This document shows positions 47,739-56,685 of a stretch of 62,564 nt of DNA, in pieces. The position numbers were made by a program, and so were the translations under genes. Each line of letters begins with the position of its first letter. The stretch's first letter is position 1. The DNA is taken from the NCBI GenBank assembly GCA_050015075.1, contig JBEKCB010000033.1:1-62564 (forward strand). The letters are read 5' to 3'. The notes beneath the pieces are model-generated. The model worked only from the letters and a program-made list of their open reading frames with translations. It was not told the DNA's origin and ran no database searches. This stretch comes from Candidatus Brocadiia bacterium. GTDB lineage: Bacteria > Planctomycetota > Brocadiia > CAIUPP01.

Positions 47739-50081
47739 ATGGACCGCCGCAAGATCTATCTCAGAGGACTGGGCGTTGCCCTCGTCGCGCTGGCGCTGAT
47801 CCTCCTCATGAGCTTTATCAGTTACAACCGCAGCGATTATCCGTACCCTGTGGTCGCTCCGGTCAACACGACCCCCGAAAACATCTGCGGCACCGTCGGC
47901 GCGCACCTCGCATGGCTGTTCTGGTTTTTCTTCGGGATGGGCGCCATCCTGCTGGTTTTCGCGACAGCGGTGGTCGGCGGGCTGATGATCATCGCTCAGC
48001 CCGTCACCGACCCCGTCGTACGCGGGCTCGGCGCCGGCCTTTTCCTGCTGGCGTGGTGCGGGTTGGCCTCCCGCATCTTCGACCCGAAGGCCATGCCCGG
48101 AGGCGCGGGCGGAATTATCGGCCACTTTCTCGCAGAGGTTCTGCTCAAGCCGCTCGGGCTCGGCGGATACGTGGCCGCGCTGGCCGGCCTGGTGCTCGGG
48201 GCGCTGCTGGCGGCGGACGCCTGGGTGCTCTGGCTCGGCCGGAAGGGCGTCGAGATGGTGACGATGCACGGCGGAGCCGCGGCGTCCTCCGGCGCGACGA
48301 CGGCGGAGAATTCCGCTGAAGCGACCGCTTCCAAGCTCTCCGCCGAAGAGCGCATCGCCGAGCAGAAGGAGTCGCTGCGCAAGCGCCTGGCGGAGCGGAA
48401 GACGGCGCCTGCGCTTGAGCCTGCGGCGACCGATTCCGAAGAGCGCTCGGCGGGCAAGCCGCTTCCCACGCCGGCGTCCGAAGCGCCGACTGTCGTCCTC
48501 CGGGAAAAGGAGCCGCGGAAACCCGTCCCGCAGGCCGCGCCGGAAAAGCCGCCGCGCTCGAAGGAGGCCGCGCGCAAGGAGCCGGAGACGGCCGGCGATT
48601 ACCGCATGCCCGGCCTGGAGGTGCTCGATCCGCCGCAGCCGGCCGACGCGAGCGCGCCCGACGAGGACGTCGAGGGCAAGCGCGAGGTGCTTGAACGCAC
48701 GCTCGAGGAGTTCGGCATCGTCGCGCAGGTCGTCGAGGTGGATCCCGGCCCGGTCATCACCCAGTTCGAGCTGGAACTCGCCGCCGGGATCAAGATCGGC
48801 AAGATCATAGGCCTCTCCGACGACATCGCGCGCGCGCTCAAGGCGCAGAGCGTCCGCGTCGTCGCGCCGATCCCGGGCAAGTCCACCGTCGGGATCGAAG
48901 TGCCCAACAACACCCGCCAGGTCGTCCGCCTCCGCGAACTCTTCGAGAGCGGCATCATGCAGCGCAAGCGCATGACGATCCCGCTCCTCCTGGGCAAGGA
49001 CGCCAGCGGCGAGCCGCTCCTCGCCGACCTCGCGCAGATGCCGCACCTCCTCATCGCCGGCGCCACCGGCTCCGGCAAGTCCGTCTGCATGAACTCCATC
49101 ATCATGACGTTCCTGATGACCCAGTCGCCCGAGGACGTCAAGCTGATCCTGATTGACCCGAAGATGGTCGAACTCTCCGCCTTCCGCGACATCCCGCACC
49201 TGATGACGCCCGTGCTGACCGACATGAAGAAGGCCAGCGCCGTGCTCGAGTGGGCCACGCACAAGATGGACGAGCGCTACTCGCTGCTGGCGAACGTCGG
49301 CGTGCGGAATATCGGCGCCTATAACGCGCTCGGCGAGAAGGAAATCCGCAAGCGGCTCGACGTCGGCCCCGAGGACGATCTCGAAGGCGTGGCCTTCCAC
49401 CTGCCGCACATCATCATCATCATTGACGAGCTGGCCGACCTGATGATGGTCTCGGCGAAGGACGTGGAGAACACGATCACACGGCTGGCGCAGAAGTCGC
49501 GCGCGGTGGGCATCCACCTGATCGTCGCCACGCAACGGCCGTCCGTGGACGTCGTCACCGGCCTGATCAAGGCGAACCTGCCGTCGCGGCTGGCGTTCCA
49601 GACCGCCAGCAAAGTGGACTCGCGCACGATCCTCGACCGCAACGGCGCGGAGAAACTCCTCGGCCGCGGCGACATGCTCTTCCTGCCGCCCGGCTCCGCC
49701 AAGCTCATCCGCGGCCAGGGCGCGTTCACCAGCGACGAGGAGATCCGGCGCGTGACCACGCTCATCGCCCAGCGCGCCAAGCCGCACTACGACGCCGAAC
49801 TCGCCAACCCGCAGGGCCTCCAGGAAGGCGAAGGCGCCGCGCAGGACCCGCTCTTCGACGACGCGGTCCGCATCATCCTCGAGAGCCAGCGCGGCTCCGT
49901 CTCGCTCCTGCAGCGCAAGCTCGGCATCGGCTACGGCCGCGCCTCGCGGCTGGTGGACCTCATGGCCGCCGCGGGCATCGTCGGCGAATACAAAGGCAGC
50001 CAGGCGCGCGAGGTCCTCTTCACGCTCGAGGACTGGGACGCGCAGCACGGCACGTCCGGCGGCCAAAACGGCGAAGGCTGA
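47739..50081 (+). CDS. ftsK: DNA translocase FtsK/SpoIIIE
   Basis: N-terminal TM domain, MPHLLIAGATGSGKS, IIIDELADL, ATQRPS, GAEKLLGRGDML, gamma domain SVSLLQRKLGIGYGRA. Confidence 0.97.
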   Translation: MDRRKIYLRGLGVALVALALILLMSFISYNRSDYPYPVVAPVNTTPENICGTVGAHLAWLFWFFFGMGAILLVFATAVVGGLMIIAQPVTDPVVRGLGAGLFLLAWCGLASRIFDPKAMPGGAGGIIGHFLAEVLLKPLGLGGYVAALAGLVLGALLAADAWVLWLGRKGVEMVTMHGGAAASSGATTAENSAEATASKLSAEERIAEQKESLRKRLAERKTAPALEPAATDSEERSAGKPLPTPASEAPTVVLREKEPRKPVPQAAPEKPPRSKEAARKEPETAGDYRMPGLEVLDPPQPADASAPDEDVEGKREVLERTLEEFGIVAQVVEVDPGPVITQFELELAAGIKIGKIIGLSDDIARALKAQSVRVVAPIPGKSTVGIEVPNNTRQVVRLRELFESGIMQRKRMTIPLLLGKDASGEPLLADLAQMPHLLIAGATGSGKSVCMNSIIMTFLMTQSPEDVKLILIDPKMVELSAFRDIPHLMTPVLTDMKKASAVLEWATHKMDERYSLLANVGVRNIGAYNALGEKEIRKRLDVGPEDDLEGVAFHLPHIIIIIDELADLMMVSAKDVENTITRLAQKSRAVGIHLIVATQRPSVDVVTGLIKANLPSRLAFQTASKVDSRTILDRNGAEKLLGRGDMLFLPPGSAKLIRGQGAFTSDEEIRRVTTLIAQRAKPHYDAELANPQGLQEGEGAAQDPLFDDAVRIILESQRGSVSLLQRKLGIGYGRASRLVDLMAAAGIVGEYKGSQAREVLFTLEDWDAQHGTSGGQNGEG

Positions 50082-50133
50082 CCCGCGCGGTCCCGGCTCC
50101 CGGATTCGTTCGCAGGTAAGACCTTTTCTAAAT

Positions 50134-50149
50134 TGTTTCACGTGGAACA
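50134..50149. other. parS centromere-like site (ParB binding)
   Basis: TGTTTCACGTGGAACA, one mismatch to consensus TGTTTCACGTGAAACA; intergenic. Confidence 0.85.
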
Positions 50150-50585
50150 ATCAGAGTATTCCTTATATCATGCCCCCTTTCATGCCGCCACATTGATGCC
50201 GAAACGGGCCGGAATGAGTCCACATGGCCTACGCCATCCCTCCAATGCCGTCATCGCACGACGCAGCCGCAAAATACCCCGAAAAAAACAGTCGCCTCGA
50301 CAACCTCATTTGAAAAAACGAATCCAATCGCCGGCGACAACCCAAACCAACCTGACGCAAGTATCGGAAGCGGGATGGAACGGCCGGACCCCGACTGTAC
50401 ATGGCGACGGGAAAGCCGCGCTTGTGACTGGGGCCGCTCCGATTGGTATCGCCTGGCGCGTCGAAACCGACGACGCCGACTTGCCCGTCTCTGGCGGGAT
50501 AGATGTTTGGGATATCCCGCTATCGTCCCGTTTCCAACTTGACAGGTTTACCCGCCCCTGGCGGGCTTGATCCCGGGGAATGAAC

Positions 50586-50613
50586 TTGACCGAGGCCTCT
50601 GAGGCGCTATAAT
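50586..50613 (+). promoter_or_regulatory. Sigma-70 promoter
   Basis: TTGACC-N16-TATAAT about 85 bp before ATG 50700. Confidence 0.6.
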
Positions 50614-50699
50614 ACTGCGTCGGGAAGTCGGCCGTCCTCGGAAGGATGGCCCAATGGGAAAGTCCCGGCAAAACGTTCCCATGCTGAGGGAGCAGGGGC

Positions 50700-52484
50700 A
50701 TGGAGGCGCAAGACGCCGGTCCCGGCGACCCCGCCGACTCCGGAGCAGCACCCCAAAGCGAACCCCAACTTCAACCTCTTCCTCCCGCCGCGCCGGCGCC
50801 GCCCCCGCCGCCGCTCCAGGCACTTCCTTCGAACGGCCGGCCCGCGAGCATCGCATTAGGGCATCTGCCGCGCTTCCTGATGATCCATAACCCCTTCTAT
50901 CTGATCAGCGCCGCGCTCGTCTTCTATGGTTTTTCCATCCGCTTCAACTCCAGCGGGGTTGCCTCGAACGGGTGGTGGCTTGTCGGGCTCATGTCCGCGT
51001 ACACCGCGATCCTGGCGATCACCGCCCCTTTGATCGTGCGCTTCGGCAAAGTCTGGCAGGACGCGCGCTCGATCCTGATCCTTGTCCCTCTGCTCTCCCT
51101 GGCCACTTCCGTCAGCCTCGATGAACTCGGCATCCGCCACACGCGCGAGATGGCCGCGCCGCTCGTCCTGACGGCCTTCGCCGCCGCCATCATCATCTCG
51201 CAGACTCTTGTTTTCGGCATGAAACTCCGCCTGCGCGCGTACAATCCCGCCTTCCTGGCGATCATGGCTGTCTTCTTCCTGTATCCACTGGGCTTAATGT
51301 TCTATCAGGAATACGTTGCGCCTTCCGACGCGAAGCGCCTTGCGTTCGCGGTCCTGGGCTTCCCGCTCGCCCAGGCGCTCGCCTTCCTCACCCTGTTGCC
51401 CGCCATCCGGCGCGGCCCGAAGTACATCCAGGACAACGGCACTCCCTGGGGCTGGCCGTACTTCCCGTTCTCGCTCTTCTTCCTCCTCGCGCTGGCCGTG
51501 TTCGCCCGCGAGTACTTCCTGACCCTCTCCTTCCTGCCCATCGAAGGGATGGCCAGCCCGCTCGGCACGTATGCGCTGGTCCCCTTCATCCTCGCCGTGG
51601 CTCTCCTGATTCTGGAAATGGCCCGCGCCGGCGGACATGCCCGACTGCGCGCCCTTGCCCTGTGGCTTCCGCTGCTCGCGGTTCTTCTCTCCTTCTCCAG
51701 CGCCGAGCGTTACGGCGTCTGTGCCGATGTTCTCGAGACGATCCGCCGGACGGTCGGCACGCCCGTGCTGTGGGCGATCGGCGGCGCTTTGCTCTTCTAT
51801 GTCTACGCCGCGATCCGCCGCATCGGCGGCGCCGAGGCCGGAATCATCACCCTTTTGCTCATCGCTTCCGCGGTCGGCCCGCGCACGCTCGATAGCGATA
51901 CACTCGTCCGCCCCAGCCTCTGGGTGCTGGCGGCCGCCGTGGCCGTCGAGCTTGTTCTATCCTGGCGGCAAAAGAGCGCCCCTCGCGCTCTGCTCGCGCT
52001 GCTGATCCTGGAATGCGCCCTGATCAGCGCCGGAACCGGAAAGATTCCCGCCAACTGGATCGCCGGCATCGCCATACACGTATTTCTGATCGGCATCCTC
52101 GCCATCGGCGCCATCTTCCACGACAAAGAGGCGCAGGCCCTGCAGCGCTTCTCCGCCGCCATCTGGGTGCCCCTCGTTTTCGTGTTCCCGCTCGCCGCCA
52201 CGGAAGGCTACGCTCAGCGTCCATGGTTCCCGCTCGGATACAGTCTCGTCATGACCGCCGCGGCCTTCGGCTACTGGCGGCTCACCCGCAACCGGAGTTT
52301 CAGCAAAGCCGGCGTGCGCTCCTGCGGCCTGATCGTCTTCCACCTCATCGTTCTCCTCTGGCAGAAAGCGAGAACCATCGAAGAATCCCGAGGCATCTTT
52401 GCCATGGTCCTCGGGATGTTCTTTTTCGTCGTCGCAGTCCTGATCAGCCTGGTCAAAGGGGGCGTCCTTCGCCGCAGATCGTAG
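50700..52484 (+). CDS. Polytopic membrane protein of unknown function
   Basis: Pro-rich N-terminus, HNPFYLISA, many hydrophobic helices, NGTPWGWP. Confidence 0.8.
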   Translation: MEAQDAGPGDPADSGAAPQSEPQLQPLPPAAPAPPPPPLQALPSNGRPASIALGHLPRFLMIHNPFYLISAALVFYGFSIRFNSSGVASNGWWLVGLMSAYTAILAITAPLIVRFGKVWQDARSILILVPLLSLATSVSLDELGIRHTREMAAPLVLTAFAAAIIISQTLVFGMKLRLRAYNPAFLAIMAVFFLYPLGLMFYQEYVAPSDAKRLAFAVLGFPLAQALAFLTLLPAIRRGPKYIQDNGTPWGWPYFPFSLFFLLALAVFAREYFLTLSFLPIEGMASPLGTYALVPFILAVALLILEMARAGGHARLRALALWLPLLAVLLSFSSAERYGVCADVLETIRRTVGTPVLWAIGGALLFYVYAAIRRIGGAEAGIITLLLIASAVGPRTLDSDTLVRPSLWVLAAAVAVELVLSWRQKSAPRALLALLILECALISAGTGKIPANWIAGIAIHVFLIGILAIGAIFHDKEAQALQRFSAAIWVPLVFVFPLAATEGYAQRPWFPLGYSLVMTAAAFGYWRLTRNRSFSKAGVRSCGLIVFHLIVLLWQKARTIEESRGIFAMVLGMFFFVVAVLISLVKGGVLRRRS

Positions 52485-52562
52485 CCCCCGAAGTTCCGGG
52501 GACGCGCGCAATCTCGTTCGGCCCTCCATTTGCTAAAGGAAGAATGGCACCCGTGAGCGGTT

Positions 52563-52838
52563 GTGGCAAGACCTGCGCGAGGTTACCTCCACCACGCGAA
52601 GTACGCCGGCTGGTACATCAAGGAGATACAGGTCGGCTCCTGTTACGAGCCGATCCCGGGCGACTACTCTGAGGAACTCACGATCGAGTTGCCCGCGGGC
52701 GACTGGCGTCTCGATTGGGTCGAGCCGGCGAGCGCGCGGGTGATCGCTGCGTCGCGGATCAAGCATGGGGGAGGAACGGTCACGGTGCGCACCCCGGCGC
52801 ACCGGCTGGACATCGCGCTGGCCATCAGGAGGGGATGA
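52563..52838 (+). pseudogene. Probable C-terminal remnant of a hydrolase-associated beta-sandwich domain
   Basis: LTIELPAGDWRLDWVEPAS...DIALAIRR resembles the C-terminus of the 56686-58269 protein type; no convincing start. Confidence 0.45.
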
Positions 52839-52964
52839 GCTGGCTCCGGCCGGCGTCAGGATCTCGCGGGGAGCGTTGCAGACATAGAGGCCCCCCTCGC
52901 GCGTATCGAGTCGAAGCTCGGAGAAACTCAATCGCCGAAACGGTGACCCTCAACAGGTTCCGCA

Positions 52965-53025
52965 GGTTCAGGGGATACCATACGTATTTTGGTAAAGAAA
53001 TAGTCAAGTATGGTGATCCCGGAAG
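52965..53025. repeat. REP-like inverted element of the GGGGACACCATAC family
   Basis: GGGGATACCATAC...GTATGGTGATCCC; related copies at 52493, 56564, 56628-56672, 58421 and 58463. Confidence 0.7.
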
Positions 53026-53034
53026 TGCGAAAGA

Positions 53035-54018
53035 TTACCAACTTAATCCCATAGACTTCAATTGTGCTTGGGCGCTCTTGTTGCCCGCTTTCGCGGACCG
53101 TTTGAGTGCATCGACATTCGGCCCCTGCGACGGCGCTGGCGCCTGCTGCCTCGGCGGAGGTGCTTGCTGTTGCTTCACTGCATTCTGTTGGTGTGATGTC
53201 GCGCCTTGCCCTACCGTATTGTGTTGATGCAGTATCTCGGCTTGGCTGACCGACGCCGGAATTGGACGGTTTTGCCGCTCGATGGCCCTTTGCTGCACTG
53301 CGTACTGTTTTGTGTAAAGGTTCCTCTCCTCGGCTGTCAAGTGCGAAGAATGTTTCGTTACAGGTTTCCCGTCCGGTCCTATGAATGTAACCTCATGGTC
53401 CGGTCCATTAAGTCGCTTCATCGTTTCCGCTTGCCGACGCTCCTCGCGCAATTCACGCCTGAACACATCCTCCAGCCAGCGTTCGTTAAGCATCATCAAG
53501 TAGTATGGTGAGGTCGGCGCATTCGACCAAGCAGCGGCTTGCTGCCCTACGTACTGTGTGGTGTAAAGTCCGATTTCCTCCGGAGTCAGGCTCGATGAAT
53601 CTTCCGTTACGGACTCGCCGTCTGTTCCAACAAAACTAACCTTGTGAATTGGCCCAGCAAGACTTGCTATAGCCTCATCCTGCCACTGTTTTTGCCGCGC
53701 GTCGTTGCCAAGGCTCGCTTCGGCCTGCAACGTCGCATTTTGAGCTACATGCGCTAGAGCTGACTCAAATGACATCTGTTCCCCGCTCAGCGGCAATCCA
53801 AGGCTCGGTCGCGCACTGTCGGGTATGGTGTCCAAGTCGAACCACGCCATTCCCATTCCGTCCGGACCGGCATAACGCAGGAACACATCGCCGCCCTCGT
53901 GACCTAGGATTTTAACATTCGTCAATGTCTTACCATCGGTTGTCGTGAAAGATACCGGCTCCTGAGCGTATGCGCAGACCGCAAATGTCAGTGCAACAAC
54001 GCCTGCCAATACTTTCAT
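53035..54018 (-). CDS. Secreted hypothetical protein with an internal 38-aa duplication
   Basis: Signal peptide (AYA-Q), GAGGAGG RBS; duplicated HKVSFVGTDG..LYTTQY / HEVTFIGPDG..LYTKQY. Confidence 0.75.
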   Translation of the reverse strand: MKVLAGVVALTFAVCAYAQEPVSFTTTDGKTLTNVKILGHEGGDVFLRYAGPDGMGMAWFDLDTIPDSARPSLGLPLSGEQMSFESALAHVAQNATLQAEASLGNDARQKQWQDEAIASLAGPIHKVSFVGTDGESVTEDSSSLTPEEIGLYTTQYVGQQAAAWSNAPTSPYYLMMLNERWLEDVFRRELREERRQAETMKRLNGPDHEVTFIGPDGKPVTKHSSHLTAEERNLYTKQYAVQQRAIERQNRPIPASVSQAEILHQHNTVGQGATSHQQNAVKQQQAPPPRQQAPAPSQGPNVDALKRSAKAGNKSAQAQLKSMGLSW

Positions 54019-54051
54019 CCTTCGTCCTCCTCTAAAGTTGCCCCTAAACCA

Positions 54052-54765
54052 TTACGGAGTTTTCCAAACGTTATTGCCCTGCTCGTCGCGCAAGTTCACT
54101 CTTGGACCGTTCTCGTCCATAGCAAACCCGGCACGGTCCCTGCCATTCTCATCGAACAAACCGAGCCCGGCCCCATTTTCCAATACAGCAAGGGCGACTC
54201 TCGTTTTGCCATTTTCATCCCGTAGGACCAGTACCGGTCCGTCTTTGCCCATGGACAACACGGCGCGGACGATGCCCTTTTTGTCGGCTAAAATAAGTCC
54301 CGATTCGTCCTTCTGTGCAGCCAGCATAACGTCGCCCATGCCGCTCTCGTCTTTCAACCTCAGCACCGGGCCGCCTTTCCCCACTTCCAATATGGCGCGG
54401 TCTTTACCGTTCGCGTCCATCAACCTCAATGTGGGCCCGTCATTATTTACTTCAAGTACAGCACCGGTCTTACCTTTGCTGTCCATCACAACTAATTTCC
54501 GCGTGCTGACTCCCCCCCATATTTGCGATTGGACACTGCTCGCGGCGTCCTTACGCAGTTGCCCCATCTCCTGCCGCTCCGCCTCAAGTGCCTGAGCCGT
54601 CTCTTGGTGTTCCAGGACAAGCGCCTGCTCCAGTTGCTCCAATGCTGCGACTTTTTCATGGAGCGCCGCAATCTCTGACCTATTACATCCGGCGAGCAAG
54701 GCGCTTGCTAACGCCCCGATAATGATGAGCCGCATCACCCGCCCTAACCGTTCTTTAGTCGCCAT
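54052..54765 (-). CDS. Lipoprotein with coiled coil and about seven 22-aa beta repeats
   Basis: LLAGC lipobox; repeated L.L.D..G..RA.L....GP. Confidence 0.8.
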   Translation of the reverse strand: MATKERLGRVMRLIIIGALASALLAGCNRSEIAALHEKVAALEQLEQALVLEHQETAQALEAERQEMGQLRKDAASSVQSQIWGGVSTRKLVVMDSKGKTGAVLEVNNDGPTLRLMDANGKDRAILEVGKGGPVLRLKDESGMGDVMLAAQKDESGLILADKKGIVRAVLSMGKDGPVLVLRDENGKTRVALAVLENGAGLGLFDENGRDRAGFAMDENGPRVNLRDEQGNNVWKTP

Positions 54766-54795
54766 ACTGTAGCCTTTCTTAAAAGGACCCTATAG

Positions 54796-55947
54796 TCAAC
54801 TCTCCTTCGACTTTGTCTTATTCTGTACATCAGTAGCTAATGCCCGAGTGTTTCGCTCAATTCTCAGGAGCAATGGGAATATCAAGAAGCCCATTAGCAC
54901 AAGGAATGCTCCACCAACAACCTCGGCCGCCTGGAGACGTTTAGCACGTGCAACCTCCATCGCGACAAGGTTCTCTTTCTCGACGGCATTTATATTGTCA
55001 AGCCCTTCTACATACTCGCTAACATACCACCCCATGGCGTCCCACAGATTCACTTCCTTGTCTGAATGCACGAGAGATGTCTTTAGTGTTTCATTTAGAA
55101 ATGAGTCAAGCCCCAAAAGCACACGGTCAACATGATGTTGTGGCAGTCGCTCTATCTCCTCGGTCAAAGTGTCGGCCAAGGACCGTTCATCTGGCGAATG
55201 ATACTTGGCCCGAAGATTCTCAATCGCCAGCTTGATGTTTTCCTTCTTCGCTCGCCGTCCTTCGGCCGGCTGCCGTGGTCTGTTAGCGGGTGCAGAATCG
55301 TTAGTAGGGGTGTGAAGGGCGATGAAATACTGTCGGCATTGTTCTGCTTGGGGAGAGGGTTCGGGTGGCACAGGTTGCGTTTCAGGACGAATTACAAACA
55401 CAAGGTAGACCAAGACCGCTGCTATAGCCAAAGAGCAAATTGCGATGATAAAGACACTAAAGATTTCCCCAAGGAAAAACACTGGTTTAAACACTCTACC
55501 GCAAGCGCGCGAAAGAGAGGTTGCAATGCCGGCATGATCGGCGTTCAGTGCCCCGCTCAAGTCCTTTTCCGATTGCGCCTGCTGCTTTCGACAAGTTTCA
55601 TCCTCGTGCCTTTTTTTCTCCTCAAGCCGCCGGGTCTCCGCTGCGGCCATCTGTTCGCTCCTTCGGGCAGCCTCTTCCGCAATCATCTGCTGACGGGTTT
55701 TTTCCCGTAGCTGTCGCCTTGCCGCAGCTTGCAAACGTTCCTCTTCCGCTTGCTTCGCCGCATCCTGCATTTCCTGCAATTCTCGTTGACCGGGCACAAT
55801 GAAAACGGCCTTGCAGAGCGGGCAGGTGTCCTTTTTCCCGGCGTCAGTAAGGTCAGATTCGAGGTCGTTGTGACACTTGGCACACTGGTAAGCTACCTTC
55901 GGCTTTCCGATGATACCTTTCTTCACTTCATAGCCGTCGCTCGCCAT
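54796..55947 (-). CDS. Zn-ribbon / coiled-coil membrane protein
   Basis: CAKC..CPLC, charged coiled coil, two TM segments, LLRIERNTR. Confidence 0.75.
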   Translation of the reverse strand: MASDGYEVKKGIIGKPKVAYQCAKCHNDLESDLTDAGKKDTCPLCKAVFIVPGQRELQEMQDAAKQAEEERLQAAARRQLREKTRQQMIAEEAARRSEQMAAAETRRLEEKKRHEDETCRKQQAQSEKDLSGALNADHAGIATSLSRACGRVFKPVFFLGEIFSVFIIAICSLAIAAVLVYLVFVIRPETQPVPPEPSPQAEQCRQYFIALHTPTNDSAPANRPRQPAEGRRAKKENIKLAIENLRAKYHSPDERSLADTLTEEIERLPQHHVDRVLLGLDSFLNETLKTSLVHSDKEVNLWDAMGWYVSEYVEGLDNINAVEKENLVAMEVARAKRLQAAEVVGGAFLVLMGFLIFPLLLRIERNTRALATDVQNKTKSKES

Positions 55948-56014
55948 TGCAGAGGTTCCTTTGTCAATTCGCTTGCCGTTCTTGGAGCTTGTCGCGAATG
56001 TGGTTCTACGTTCT

Positions 56015-56419
56015 TCACTCTGAGTGTCCGATTTTACCGTGGAATCGGGTTCGCCTGGCGGACTGCGCGAGGAGACACTGATTCGATCGTCTTAGCGTGA
56101 GCTGGGGAGTCAGAATAGGCAGCGGAACCGTTATCGCCTTCAAAGACAGATTGCAAAGTCGCAGTTCATCCCTGTGCTTCAGAGGACTGCTGCTCGTCTT
56201 CTGACCGTTGACGATGACGTCGCCGCCACTATCGAGATCCTCGATGACCCATTCGGTCTTTTCCCGGACAATCCGACAATGCTGCTGGGAAACCGTGCCT
56301 TCGTCAGGGGATATATCGCAGTCCGAACCGCGCCCCCAAACCGCACCGCCGGCAGGAATGGTTATCTCTGGCCCCTTGTGCTCGCCCGCGAGCACTTCCA
56401 GAATCATATCTTCCGACAC
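56015..56419 (-). CDS. FHA-domain protein (degenerate, possibly pseudogene)
   Basis: WGRGSDCDI, VSQQHCRI, WVIEDLDS..VNG; canonical S-x-NG motif altered to SGGD; AAGGAG RBS. Confidence 0.65.
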   Translation of the reverse strand: MSEDMILEVLAGEHKGPEITIPAGGAVWGRGSDCDISPDEGTVSQQHCRIVREKTEWVIEDLDSGGDVIVNGQKTSSSPLKHRDELRLCNLSLKAITVPLPILTPQLTLRRSNQCLLAQSARRTRFHGKIGHSE

Positions 56420-56627
56420 GCTGTAACTCCCTTCCGTTTTCGCCCTTGAACAGAATCGGGAGCATCAACCGGCCCGCTATTACAGCATACGCTGTATTTG
56501 CCAGAACTCTACACCCTTTGTTCCCGGCGTGTCAAGGCCGTTTGCCCCCGAAAAACTCTTTGAATTCGGGGGGAGGCCATACATAACTATTTCCGCCCCT
56601 GTTTTTTACAGCGTGGTTCTGGGCTCT

Positions 56628-56672
56628 GGGGACACCAGGAAAAACAAATGGTTAATTTGGTGTCCCCGGAAC
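56628..56672. repeat. REP-like inverted element
   Basis: GGGGACACCA-N20-TGGTGTCCCC perfect 10-bp arms. Confidence 0.75.
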
Positions 56673-56685
56673 TACCCGTCGCCGC

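Noticed and set aside
47226-50150. 974-aa - strand ORF
   Set aside because: Antisense shadow of dut/ftsK
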